Positions 50,193 through 63,280 of a stretch of DNA of 64,000 nt are shown here, one piece after another. The stretch is from Phallusia mammillata (Eukaryota). How positions within the stretch are numbered: position 1 is the stretch's first letter; the number at the start of each line of letters is the position of its first letter. The DNA lies in the NCBI GenBank assembly GCA_965637545.1, contig OZ281499.1, forward strand, positions 4,588,001 through 4,652,000, given 5' to 3'. The notes under the pieces were generated by a model. That model was not told the origin of the DNA, searched no databases, and worked only from the letters and a program-made list of their open reading frames with translations. A program made the translations under genes and the position numbers.

Positions 50193-53100
50193 ATGGCTGA
50201 CAGCCTTTCTGTTGAATCAACAAAACTTGAATGGGCTGTCCGGCTATCTGCCTTGCTGCTCAACGACGCGACTGACGTAGTAAGATGGTTTTTGTTGGAA
50301 AATCTTCCTATGAAAGGAGACAGACTGGCTACTTTGTCAGAAGTAAGTATTTGTAAACTTAACACCAAAAAGGTTCTTACATTAGAGTTTGAAATTGTTA
50401 TAACCTAAGCTAAAATATAGGTACTTGTGTTCAGCTAAATGACTTAAAATAATGCAATTTAAATATACAATGATAGTGCTAGTGTCTTTAGATGTTGAAT
50501 TTTTTTGTCTCAAAGGTTTTGAGTGAAAATCGTCCATTGCTTAGCGCCCTTAGAGACGGATCCATAGCAGTGCAGTTCATCAACAATGAGATGTTTGATA
50601 TTTTGTACCGCGAGAATAAAAGAGAAGTGGATCCCGCCGATTTAGAATTAGGTCTCATTTTTGTACTGATCAGGTAAACAAACTATCGACAACCGTTTAC
50701 GACCAACAACTAGTTTATATTGCAACATCCACAAAGTATATGTATATGGTAAAATGAATTCTGCGTTTTTATATTGGTGTCGAATTTGAAATCTTTGCAA
50801 CAAAACGATCTTATTTCATTTGCAGATTTCTTTGCAAAATCCAACATCCCTCGTGGAAGTTTTGGGACGAAGAGCCGGGAAACCACCAGGTGCTTCCCCT
50901 GTTTGACGTCATACGCATTGTACGCTTCAAAGAGAGAATGAAAGGTACCAAATACCATATCAGCAACGAAATAGCAATAAAACGCTTTTTTCGTCAAACG
51001 CGAGCACAGTAGAATAAATAGTCAAACATTTTGCATCCCTAAACAAAATCGTTAAAACCTTCGGTTGAAACTAAATCAGTCAGTTCAGCTGGAACATATA
51101 TTTTGTCAATTCGGCAAGGGAGAGCTACTAACACAAGAACTCACAGGCCAGATAATTTCCAAAAGTGGCGCAACGGAGCATAATCTTTTGCTATTGCAAT
51201 AATTGCTGACCCAATTAATTGTCGACTTAGCAACTATTGCCATAGAAAAAGCTTATGCTCCGTCGCGACACCTTTTGGAAATTAGCAGACCTGACCCGCA
51301 AGTTATTGTGTTAGTAGCTCTACCATTCGGCACCGTGGAATCCTATTCAAGTATAATCCAGCCGTCTATGTTTTTCATACATGGCCAGAAATATTATTTT
51401 TGTGCAATGATGATGTTCCGAAATTATTTACATGCATTTAGACAGCTGACTGTTAGAAGTAATTTTCTGTGGACTTTTTTACTTTAAATTATCTCACAGG
51501 AATTGTTCATTCGTACGAGATCACCCAGGAATCGTTTGCCGCCAGCTGGCGCTATATCACACCGGTTCTTGACCGCTTGCAGTGCTACCGAGTTTCGTCA
51601 CGTAGATGGTTTGATGACGTAATCGGTGAAAAGGAGCCACCGGAAGCGGAAAGCGTCTTCCGGAAGTTTGTCGACGTCATGAGGTGGCAGACAAAGGAAT
51701 TGGGGGAAAGGGATGAGATTTATTTGAATCTCAAAGAAAGCAGAGAGCTAAAACGCAATGAGGTCACCCGTTTAACTAGAAACGACTTTATAATCGCACT
51801 CTTAGTTACAGTTTTAACTAAACCGTTGTATTTTGTTAATTCTGTAAAATTTGTTAAAAGAATCTAGCCAATAAAGGATAATTAAAATATTAGTTCCAAC
51901 AAACTGGTGTACCGTTAACTGGCTATTGAAGCCAATTTGGCCTATCAGTGGTTCTCAAACTTTTTTGTTGTGACGCCTCAGGAAAAGTTTTCTGGACTTG
52001 CGACGCACCAGCAAATAAAAGTTAAAGAGGAATTTAAAACCAAGTTAAAAAAACCAAGCCCGCCAAGCGTCGCCCCAGACACTTGCCGATTACGCAATTA
52101 CTACATGGACTGTTTTGTCCCGACGTACATTAACGAGCAGTCGCATTGTTGATCAAAAACTTCAAAACGCAAAATTACGTCAATCCGCACTTTACGCAAA
52201 ACGTCTTTGGGCGTAGAGTGCGAATTGACGCAAATTTGCAAGATCTTTCCTGAGTCTTCAATGTCTGTCAATCAAACTTTCGGGCCTAAATGGGCTTCTC
52301 AAAAACCATTCGGTTGGAGTTCAACCACTAAACGGAACTATTCTGCGACGCCCTTCAAAAATTGAAACGACGCACCAGGGTGTCGCGACGCACAGTTTGA
52401 GAACTACTGGCCTATGTCTTGTTACCAGCTGCACTGCTGAAACCTTATAGGTTGAAGCAATATACACTGTCTGCAGCTTAATTTATATCTTGTTTGTTTT
52501 TTAGGAAAACAGTGGCGTGCAAACTTGGGACCAGTTTTCATCACGATTCGGGCAACATCGACATCTTAAACTTTCCTCCCTAAACAGACCGAAACTTTCA
52601 ATGACACAACCACTGGGAGTGACTGAGAGCAACCAGAGACCTCTTGCTTCAAGCCCTGCTTTCTTACTTCATTGCAAACATGTAAAAGCCTCTTCCAGTA
52701 AGCCACAAGAATACTGGTGTTCCCAAGATTATAATTTCTGTTTTATTTTTTTCTGTTTATTTTATTTAGTTTCTGTAAGCAACGAAAATCGTTCCAATGT
52801 TCTCCAGAGAAAATCAATGGTCACAAAACCTAAATTCCTTGACGATTTGAAGATGTTAGACAGAATTGACAATCGTGTATACATTGCCGGTAGTAACTTT
52901 TTTAGAACATACACATTAACAAACCTGTGCCAGCATATGTATGGTTGAAAACTTTTAAGGCGGTGGTTTGCATAAGCAAATTACTGATAAAACGAAATAA
53001 CATTCATTTAATCATGTATTCGCGTTTAGCCTATTTTAAAATGGCATTATTTTGCTCAAATTTGTTGCAAATCTTTTCATAAACAAGGAATCGCTATTGT

Positions 53101-56100
53101 TTTTACAGATACATGTCAAGGCGACGATTTCAAAACGGCTTTCTTGAAAAGAATAATCAAGAGACTATACATTCTTAAAAGGGGTCAAATCAGGCCACTA
53201 CCGTCCCAGCCTTTTTACGTCATTAACATGGACAATGTCGTCATCAACTTGTCTCGCATTGACGATTGCGATGAAAAAGAGCTTTGTCGCTCTGACGTCA
53301 TTAAATCTCTCCCACCGATGACGTCCCTAACTGCTTGGACGGAGATGTTGGATTTTTCATTCTGCAAGAGGAAGCTGCTTTTCGGAGACTGGTCTTCGGG
53401 AAAGACGGTCCTTTTGAGGAAGATCGCTTATGATTGGGCCAGCCGAAACCACGTGACCCTGACATCATTCCGATTCGTCTTCAGTTTGGATTTAGCGCTT
53501 GTGAAATTGGAAAGCCCATACACCAGATTGAGTGACGCCATTCTTGAACAGTGTGGTGAGTTTGTGTGACGTAATATTAGATTCAGGTGTCGAAATGTTG
53601 TTATTCTGTGTGTTTGGATTTAAGAATGCTAAAGGTTAAAAAGCATTGCAATGGGAAGTGCTAAACAACTTAGGCCGCGGAACTCTTACATGAACCTCTT
53701 TAAAGGTCAAGTGCTACCAATGGATCCTCCAAAAATCTTTGTCATTTCTATAAATAAAAATTAAGGTTTGAAAATTAAACTGTTAGTTTACAATTGCATC
53801 AGTTGATTGTTTAGTTTACAATAGCATTTATAGTCCCACTCCATTGCTAAAGAGTTTTTTACCAATATGTCATTATTTGATCTAAATAGAAACCAAACTA
53901 AACCGTAATCTATCTTTTGTTGCTACAAACTTGTTTTGTCACAGTTCTTATCAATTGTGACGAACAACCTTGCACTGTGACGTCAGACGACATCGAAGAT
54001 CTCTTCGTTAATTCAAGCGGTTCAGATATTCTTCTGCTTCTCGACAACTTTGATCGAATGCAAGGAATCGAGAACGAGGAGCTCTCCGAATTCTATGACG
54101 TCATAATTGGTCATCTTTGGCCGAAATGCAACGTCATCATGACGTCATCCTACCTGCCGCATCAAACCGAGGAAGAGAAAATGGCCGAAAACCTACTGGT
54201 GCTAAAAGACGTTCCAGTCACGTGGGAGCATTACGTCATAGAAGGATTTACTAAATATGACGTCACAAAGCATTCGAAGAAGTTTTTTGACGTCATGGAA
54301 GAAAAATCTCGAGTTTCCGAGTTCCTTAACTTCATTCAGGTTTACCAACGTGACGTCTACGATGGAGTAGTGACGTCACCCATAATGACGTATCTGTTGT
54401 GTGACGCTCGGAAGGAAATAAGTAGAAGTGAGAAAATTGTGCATCAAAATTTTAAGTTGGTTTTAAATTTTGTATTTGCACAGATTTCAAGCCCAACAAA
54501 CCATGCCCAGGATTGGAAACCACTTACGATATTCTGAAAATATCGTTTAACAGGTGTGTGCAAACTTTTGTTACAAAAGTTGAATGTGTTTATTAGCCGG
54601 TACACAGTTGTGTTTGAATTTAGACTGCTTGTTTATGATAGTTTTGCTTTCCAACATTGTCATAGCGTTTTAATTTCTAATTAAAATCTACCACTGGCAC
54701 CACTTAAACAGGCGATTCTGACTAAACGGGTATCAAATTCGCCAAGTATATCTATGTAATTAACCCTACTCGATAATGGCTAACTCGATAACATTGTCAT
54801 GCAAAAAATGTATTTTACCGAAATTGTCTATATTCTGCACAAAGCTTGCTTAAACGCTTACAGACGTTCATACAGTGTCAATGACTCTATTGACATCCAC
54901 TTTGTCATGTTTTTTAAGGTGCTTGCCTTTACATACGAAACATCAACAAGACCCCGATCTCCAATTTTCACGCGAGGTTCTATCCCGCAAATTGCTTGGC
55001 GATTCATGCAGCGTGTACAGCACATCCAGTTACAACTGTGAACTTATTAAACTTTTCCTAAAACATGGAATTATGATCAGCATCGAGTCCATGGATAGGA
55101 ACACAAATCAAGTGGAAGTTTATGCGAAATTTTCTCACGTCTTGTATGAGGACCTGTTTGCTGCAAGGTAAGATTGTATAGACCACATATGGTTTCGAAA
55201 CCAGTTTTGTACAATCATTGTACAATCAAGTGCCAAACGTATAAATGCATCTGCTTCGTATGGATAATAAGGTTTAAAGCAATTTGATGAAAAATGAGTT
55301 TGATTTAAAAGAAAAAAACTTTGTTACTTGAACATAAAAGGGTTTCTATCAAAACTTTTTACTAAATTCGTAAAACCATTTACACAATTACTCTAGTGGT
55401 CTAAAGCTATACAATTTTGAAATATTTTTATTTTTGGCAGAATCGCGTCTGATAAAACAATCGTATCACGTGATCAACTGGTGTCTCTGCTTCAAGAGCA
55501 TGTAACCACCTTGGGGAAGTCCCACATACTGCGCAATTTCTTTCAGTTGTGTTGCGCCGCAAGTGGCTTAATGGTAGAGACTATCGTTGGATTCCTGACG
55601 GAGTTACTGCATAGGAAAAGTCCCTCACTGAACAGCACAGGTCTGAGAAAAATTACATTTCATTTGTATTGACTTTAATGTCTGGGTTAATAAAGTGAAC
55701 GCTTGGTATCTACCAAACAGTTTTTCAAAATCAGCAATTTTAAAGATTATACTTTTCACACTTTATTTTCATTTTCAGATGCCACTGACTCAAGCTTGCA
55801 CGAAGCTACAAAACTTACAATACTCCATTGTTTCTACGAAGCGAAGTCATCGCCCCAAACCATAGCCAAGTTAATGTCAGTGAAAACCTTTACAGCGACC
55901 GAAATCGAAACCCCGATAAAAGAACTCACTGAGCACTACAACAGCGACCACAAGTGGCCAATAAACTATCGCGGTCACGACTACAGGAAAGACGGAATCG
56001 GATTACAGTTCAAATACGGGGAATTACTATCAAACAAAAGCATGCAAGCATTGGTGTTTTTAAGTGACCGCTGTCGACCGACCCTGACGTCATCAGGTTC

Positions 56101-58805
56101 CGTGAGGTCATCAATGACGTCACCACAGTTTTGGATCCGTCATCTCTATTTAAACGCGCTCGAGGGGAAAAACATGCACCTCGTGGTTCTCGCTTTGGGG
56201 AATCTCCCTTTCATGGAGGAGCTTTTCCTTCCGAACGCGAAACTCGTGACCGATAATCACGTGGCCGAATTGTGTCGCGGTCTTTCGGTGGGCGACCACC
56301 GGGGCAACTGTTTACGCCTTCACACCTTGCTGTTCACTTTGGAGGCAATGACGTCACCGTTTGCGGTGTGTGACGTCACCAACTATTTGGCGATCGGCCG
56401 CGCTGTCAAGAAATTGCCTTTGTTGGAATATTTGCACCTCAGTCTTAATGATTCGCTGTTATTCTTTTCCTTGTTTGACGAGGAATCAAAGTGGGTCGTT
56501 CCATTGGTTGAGCTTGGATTTCCGGCATGTGGATTTGACACGCAACAGTGCGCACGCCTAGCTTCGCTGCTCAAGCGTGTCCCTTTCCTTCAGAGGTTGG
56601 ACCTGTCGGAGAATCAGCTAGAAGGCGGGTTGGCAAATATCTGCGAAAACCTTCATCATCTACAAGACTTGCAGGTGGGTTGAAAAACGAATCATGTCTG
56701 CCAGGTATACTACTTGTAATGTTTAACAAATTTGTCGTGCAACTGGTGTAATGCTAAACAAAGTACTGGTCGTTTTTTAGGGAACTTGTATATTTGCTGA
56801 CGTTTGACCCACCACAACGGTAGGGCTTCTCCAGAGCAATAAAGTGAAATATTCCAAAGTGAAAACGCTCAAGAGCCGATGATATGATAAAATAGTTATA
56901 TTGAAACAAGCTTGTACTGTTTGTTCTTTTCTGGCAAAAGTTTCAAAACATCAACATCCCACACCATACTATGTGATACATGAACACAAGTTTACATAAA
57001 AGGACATTTTAGGGACGAGAAAATGGCATCCACTAGTCTTCAATTTGTTTAAATCTTTGTTTTAATAAAGTTTATGTTTAGGTGCTGTCGCTGCACAACG
57101 CCTGTCTAAACCGAAAATCCTTCCTAGCACTCTCTACTGCCACGTTGCGGACCAATCTCGGTCAAACACTTCGCCACTTGGATGTGCGCGAGAGCTACCT
57201 GCAAGATGAGTCCGCTATTAAGGCACTTGTCCAGAGTTTAACCTCGCTTAAAGTTCTGGAATACTTCGACATTAGCCACAACTTTGTTGGTGACGTAAAC
57301 GCCTGCGTCATTGCCCGAGCATTTCAAGGTCATCCAAGGTTAAGATGTCTGCGCATGTCCTGCGTCCAGATCGGCACAGTTGCTCTCTCCGCTCTAAAGT
57401 ATCATTTGCGGGACTGTCACGCTTTGGAAATTTTGGATTTAGGAGAGAACTACTTTGGAGATTGCGCTTTGGATTTTACGCAAGTTTTTCTTCCAATTGA
57501 AGGCAAGTTCATTTTTATTTCAGTTTCTTTTCGTTCTTGTAATGTTGAGTACAAGTGTTTATGCACTTAGAAGCAGTTACCCTAACAAGGGTTGAATTGA
57601 GTTCATCTAAAAATTGCCTGCAGTTTTAATATTTAGACTGTTTTCATATGCAAAAAAAAACAGGTAAAAAGCATAAAACTTTTCTTTAAATATCAGAAAT
57701 ATATATTTCGCCTTAAATAAACAGGCATCGTCAGTTTCTGTAAAAGCAGATACGTGGTTATATTTTTGCGGCTGATTTCTTAAGCAAAAGTGTTTCAGTC
57801 TGCAGTTTTAATACCCTTTTTTCAGAGTGGTAAAATGTTATTTGTGATTTGACCCCAATTGAGCATAATTTCTTTTTTAGGGTTCAGCAAAGCAATTCCA
57901 CAAGCGACTGCAAATGGAAACGAAGGTGGACTACGAAGTTTAAAGGATCTTGATCTCTCCGGTAAGTGTGAACCAGAGTTGTAAACGGGTCTGAAATTGC
58001 AGCCCGAACCCGAATTGTTTTTGAGAAGCCCTTTTAGGCCAGAAAGTTTGATTGACAGGTTTATACAATGAAGCCCCAGGAAAAACCAAAACAAGAAGCA
58101 CAATAGACAGTTGGTCTCGAACAAGGCATCAATCAGCTACTTAGCTAGTAAAATTTATTCAAAAAATAATATTGACACAGAGTGCCCGAACCCGGCCCGA
58201 AAAGCCCGGCCCGACTTACAACTCTGGTGTGAACATTTTAATTTTAATCTCGTTTAGAGCTTGAGTTTGAGTCGAATTCTTCACAATAATGTTACAATAT
58301 AATGGCAAATTTGATGAATAATTTGTCAGATGATCTTATTTCGTTGTTACAGGGATCGGTGAAACTATGGCGACAAGGTGCTCTCCAGAATCAGTGACGT
58401 CGTTCGTTGCTTGCGTCACAGCGCACAGAAAGTTGAAGACGGTCAGATTGTGTGACGCAAAGTTGGAAATAAAAAGTTTGGTCGAGCTGCTGGAAGCCTG
58501 TGAAAATCATTCCACCATTGAGTCCGTCGTGTAAGTTGTAATTTGATCTTAAAAGTGATTAAAAGCTGTTTTGGTTTTTTGTAAGTTGTAGCAAGTCTGT
58601 TCTGTAAATTGTATTTTAAAACCTGAATTTTAGTTTATTTATGGGAAAGTCGTTCCACATTTAGTAACATTCTACATTCAGTGAAATTGTGAATATACTA
58701 TTCGATACACATTCTTAATCATTCTATAATTTGTTTTTACAAATAACCCTAACCAGCCTGCGTTTTGGAATCACATCCCCTCCCGGTTCAAAAGTCTGCA
58801 TTTAA
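50193..58805 (+). CDS. NLR-like receptor: DZIP3-type HEPN domain - NACHT - LRR
   Basis: Exons 50193-50342, 50516-50673, 50826-50944 and 51500-51762 give DLELGLIFVLIRFLCKIQHPSWKFWDEEP..DVIRIVRFKERMKGIVHSYEITQESFAASWRYITPVLDRL; Walker A GDWSSGKT at 53384-53407; Walker B ILLLLDNFDR at 54028-54057; RI-type LRRs (LQRLDLSENQL, LEYFDISHNFV, LEILDLGENYF). The 3' end is tentative. Confidence 0.88.
51118..51324. mobile_element. MULE-type foldback MITE, same termini as 34181-34400
   Basis: Termini GGGAGAGCTACTAACAC / GTGTTAGTAGCTCTACC; 9-bp TSD ATTCGGCAA / ATTCGGCAC. Confidence 0.8.
51946..52409. mobile_element. hAT-type MITE in an NLR intron
   Basis: TIRs CAGTGGTTCTCAAAC / GTTTGAGAACTACTG; flanking GCCTAT duplicated. 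Confidence 0.8.
57974..58226. mobile_element. hAT-type MITE (CAGAGTTGTAAA family)
   Basis: TIRs CAGAGTTGTAA / TTACAACTCTG; perfect 8-bp TSD GTGTGAAC; internal CCCGAACCCG repeats. Confidence 0.88.
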
Positions 58806-59855
58806 GAACATGCACTTTTTAAGTTGAACGGTTTTATTTTTTAGAATGAGCGAATACCTTAATGTATTAACTAAAGAACGAACCGCCTCTTGGAGATGTC
58901 TGCAGTTGGTTTGAAGCAAAATATTTAAAGCATCGTCGCTTACAGAGCTCTCTGAACAAGCAAGAAATACAAAGGACGACATTCTCTTGGGAGATATCTG
59001 CAATGCAAACAAGTTGCAACAACGTCACGTACTCCCGGTTATGGTCACAACTGAGTTCGAATCAGAAAGTGCTTAAAACTAGTTTTTGTTCCCTGTCATT
59101 TACTTCATCGCCTTAAACATAAAAGCCTATGGTGTAATTATGTCAACATTTTGCAAGTAGAATTGTTTTTGTGTATTACGTACAGCCTTTGTATGGATTG
59201 TATAATTTTATACCGGTTTGGAAACTGCAATTTATTATTTAGTGCTTGATTTTTATAGGAAGGTACCAGGCAGTGATAAGATCATAGATTCATTACCCAT
59301 CAGGCAAAGCAAGCATAAAGGCATTAAAACAAAAAGGGCATTACATAAAAAATTTCATAGCCGAATTTTTAGTAGTGTCTCATATTAATCCACAAAATTT
59401 GTACTGTTTATTCTGCACGTCTTATGCGAAAACAAATATTAATAAAATAGGAATAATTTCAGCTTCCCCACTGCTTCCCAACCATGAGTTTCCACTGAAT
59501 ATGGCACCACCAAAGTCAAGTGCCTAAAACCTCCAAAGGGTTTAATTGAGTCATAGTTAGTATAGCAGGTTTAATTTAAAATAGAAACAAAAGATACACT
59601 TACACATGCAAGTAATAAGACAAACATTGGTTGATCAAGTAGATTTTACATCTTTGATTGTTTTATCACGGTTTCAAATGTTTTTTTCCATACTTTCATG
59701 GTTCTCCAATATATCAGCGCTCAATTCACAAATTCTGTTATTATATCTCTGTAAAGCATGTTTTTTATTAATTCGTTGACGATTCCATACCAAATACATC
59801 AACTTACCTTTTTAACTAACATTTCTTTGATTTTTTTGTTTTGTTTGGACAACAG

Positions 59856-59921
59856 GTGAAGACGTTGCATTTTTCCGGCAACAAATTGGTTGGTCTCGGT
59901 ATTACTGTACTGGAAGGCTGA
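59856..59921 (+). other. Candidate terminal LRR-like exon of the NLR
   Basis: A pyrimidine-rich acceptor is followed by VKTLHFSGNKLVGLGITVLEG* (LxxLxLxxNxL-like), with AATAAA at 59966-59971; the connecting exon was not resolved. Confidence 0.35.
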
Positions 59922-60912
59922 TTACATAGCAATGAAAATCCGGTGCAGTCATGTTGCGACCTTGCAATAAAACTGCTCTGTGGTATGCTAAAAGGAAACT
60001 CGAAAAAACAGTATCAAATTGTTGTTGATCATTAAATAAACAGCACACAGAAGTTCCAACATTAAAGTAACCTTGACTTTTCACTAAAGCAAGTGAACCT
60101 AAAGTAATATCTCGTGAAGCAAAATATTTACAACTAACTTATGAACAAATTTGCATGAAAATTAGACAGAATCAAAAACCTTATAGTTTTGATCATAGCA
60201 TGGTCATTCCGGTTCGGCCACATTAACAAACGAACTAAGTAGGTAGCGCAATGTGGTAAAATAGGTAAAACTGCTCTTTTCATTTACATGCAGCATAGTG
60301 TAAACGAGAAAAATTCACATGCGTTAGAATTCAAACCAAGTTCCGGTTCCTACCAGGGAAAGGTACTAAGACTGGTAAACCCACCACAAGGATAGTCACA
60401 AACCGCGCCAAATATCTAATGCAAGTGTTAACTTGAAAGGCCTGGACCTTTTACCCAACAAAATAAGTTATTTGAGGCGCATCTTCACTGGCTCGACACA
60501 TTCACATTTTTTAGAACATGTAGTTGATAGGATGCGAGTCGGTATATGAAGAACTGAAATTTCTCTACGATTTCGTAATTGAATTAGACTTAGTGGATCT
60601 CCTGAAAACAACACTTTCTCCAAATAAATTCATTACACACTGAAAAACTATCTTGATCAAATGTAAAACTGACTTAGAGCATTTTATTTTGTTGCATATT
60701 CAATAACTGATTTTGGACAGGTGTGGCTCAAATGCTCTGCAGTTTTTTATGCAAGCTGTTTTTTATTCTTATATACTGTAAATAAGCTTAAAACAAGCCT
60801 TCCCAAAACCAGTTTATTTTGTGCGAAAGATGGTTTACTCGATTTTAGCACAAAGAATATGCAGAATTAGAAAGCGAATTCCTTTGCTATGTATTGGTTG
60901 TTAAATGTCATC

Positions 60913-63077
60913 TTAGTCAGAATCTTCCTCCATTTTCAGCTTTCGGATGCGTCTGTGGAAACGACAACAAAATAAATAAATAACAAAACCGCAATTCGAC
61001 TACCTATACAAAAATACTTCGAAATTAACAAATTATCCAAAGGGCAGGTGCAAGAAATAGTTTGAGAACAGTGACTTTGGACTTTAGATCAATGTGATGA
61101 AATTTGACACAAATAATTTTCAATATTTCTTGCTTGACTTAATATGTCATTGGCTCATTGTGAATAAAAATGAACAACCCAATACACAAACATAACAGGC
61201 CTGGTAGCTCAATGGCAGATTCTGGCGTTGTTTCGTTTACGAGGGCTAAATGACATGCTCTTAGTGATTTTACCTAGTAACGTCTTCAGCATCGACAGGA
61301 TAATTGCTCCACGATTGAATCTTCGCATAAACTCGAATTGTGTTTAGCCTGCATCAAAATTTAAAAGTTAAAAACTGCAAAACCTTCCAACTTAAAAAAA
61401 AAATTTTGGTCGAAAAACTCTTGAAAAATGTACCTTGTAAAGTCAAAGTCCTGGCAGTTACTTCCAGAGATTAGGTAATTTGGATCCAAGGTACACACGT
61501 AGCTGTCCGACTTGGGCACTTTGAGCAAGTAAGTGGCATATGGAGACTTGCACGGCTTGGAACCGAAGAAATTACCTGGGTCGTATTCACAAAACGTATA
61601 TTCCTAAAAAACAATACTTTAAAAGTTTAAAATAATTAGTGTATTTTCACACAACGGATTAGACTCTTGTTACTCTGTCATCAACATTGATTTCTGTTTC
61701 AACCGAATATTTAGTAAGTTACAGCACCCAGCTATGTAAAGGGCCTGCACAAAATTACCAGACTGGAAGATTTGGAGTAAAGTTTTTAATTGAGGTTATA
61801 CAATGTTTATATTAGATCAAAGAAACAACCCCTTCTGTTTCATAAATTTTTAATTTTTTTAAAATATAGAATGAATCTATGACGACCTTCAACACTCAAT
61901 GTCTTGTAGATAACAAATTAGGCCATTTCTCCGTTAAAACCGTCAAAATACGAGTAGACCATTGCTTTGAAATAAATGTTTCATAATTACATCTTGAGCA
62001 AACTTAATCTGGAGTTGGGGATCATTGACGGAAGAAACGTAGTTGGAAGAATCGTAGTCCATGATCTTTCCATCATCAATGTCCTCCGGACTTTGTTGAA
62101 GTTGGACTCCAATTGTTCCATCGTCTGATGTTGGTTGCAGGAAAACCGAATCACCCTCGTGCGCAATAATCACGTAAGTTCTAATCAAAAGTAAATGTTA
62201 AAATCTATGAGCAAGACGCAAGTGGCATAACTTTTAATCTTAGCTGCCGATACACGGAAGCAAAAAATGATAAAACCGTCGCTATTGCTTTTACTCGCAA
62301 TCGTGATTATATTTTTAGGTTATAGCAGAAATTTTACACCCAAAACATGACGCAGATTTATTGGGGTGTTGTTTTGTGCCAACAAGGCTTACAGCTTATT
62401 ATAGGGTCCCTTAACTTTAAGTATATTAGTAGTTCAAAGTTGTAAATCGGGCCGGGTTCGGGTTCGGGCCGTAGCCAGTTGCTGGACCTGACCTAATGTC
62501 AAACTGCCCTGAAACGCCTTGTTAATGGCCAATCGTATATTGTGTTTGTTGTTTTAGTCTTTCCTGAGGCTTTAAGTATAGGCCTGTCAATCAAAAACTT
62601 TCTGGCCTAAACGGGCTTCTCAAAAACGATTTAAGTTCAGGTCGGGTCGGGCTTGAAATTTCGGGTTGGGGCTCCAGCTTCAGGCCCGTTTACAACTCTG
62701 TAGTAGTTAATATGTGTTCATAATATCCTGTCTACTGTAATTTGAACTAACGGAAACAAATAACACATTTGTCACATGTTTGTTGATCCCTAAACGTAAG
62801 TAAGTTCCCTCTATGGCCATGTCGACTTACAGACCGGATGCTGGGATTCACAACAAGTGGTGAATATCATAAAAAAGTAACTTTGTACAAAACGCACATA
62901 CGTGGATGGCACCGTAGAGGGTTGTGGGTCTCCGTCGACTTCAACGTACAGCCCCACCAAGCGGCCGTTGTAACACCTCTCACATCCAGTCGTTCGGGGA
63001 TCAAGTGGATCCACATTCACATTTAGCATGGTTTGTCCAGTCTGTTGTAACTCTTTGATCACTCCTGGGTAGTTGTT
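60913..63077 (-). CDS. Tc-toxin(TcA)-like protein, paralogue C; 3' exons only, gene continues beyond the window end
   Basis: Exon 63077-62902 (VIKELQQTG..DPLDPRTTGCERCYNGRLVGLYVEVDG), then TYVIIAHEGDS, EYTFCEYDPGNFFGSKPCKSPYATY, LNTIRVYAKIQSW and last exon RRIRKLKMEEDSD* (stop at 60913). Confidence 0.85.
62435..62700. mobile_element. hAT-type MITE, same family as 57974-58226 in opposite orientation
   Basis: Termini CAAAGTTGTAAA / TTTACAACTCTG; perfect 8-bp TSD TAGTAGTT. Confidence 0.85.
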
Positions 63078-63100
63078 CTATAGAAGCATTGAGATGAAAC

Positions 63101-63280
63101 CAGTGGTGGGATTCAAATTTTTTGTCGGCCGGTTCTATCACGAAAGTCAATTTTTTCAGCCGGTTCTTTTACAAAAAGTCCATTGACAGTCCCTAGTATT
63201 GCTAACCGGTTAGCTGATATCATAAAATGTCGTGAGACGGTTCTATAGAACCTGTGCGAACCGGCTGAATCCCACCACTG
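63101..63280. mobile_element. hAT-type MITE
   Basis: TIRs CAGTGGTGGGATTCA / TGAATCCCACCACTG; perfect 8-bp TSD GATGAAAC. Confidence 0.9.

Noticed and set aside
1426-58124. Numerous short antisense and off-frame ORFs in the track
   Set aside because: They overlap identified exons on the opposite strand or lie in MITEs and introns, consistent with chance ORFs.
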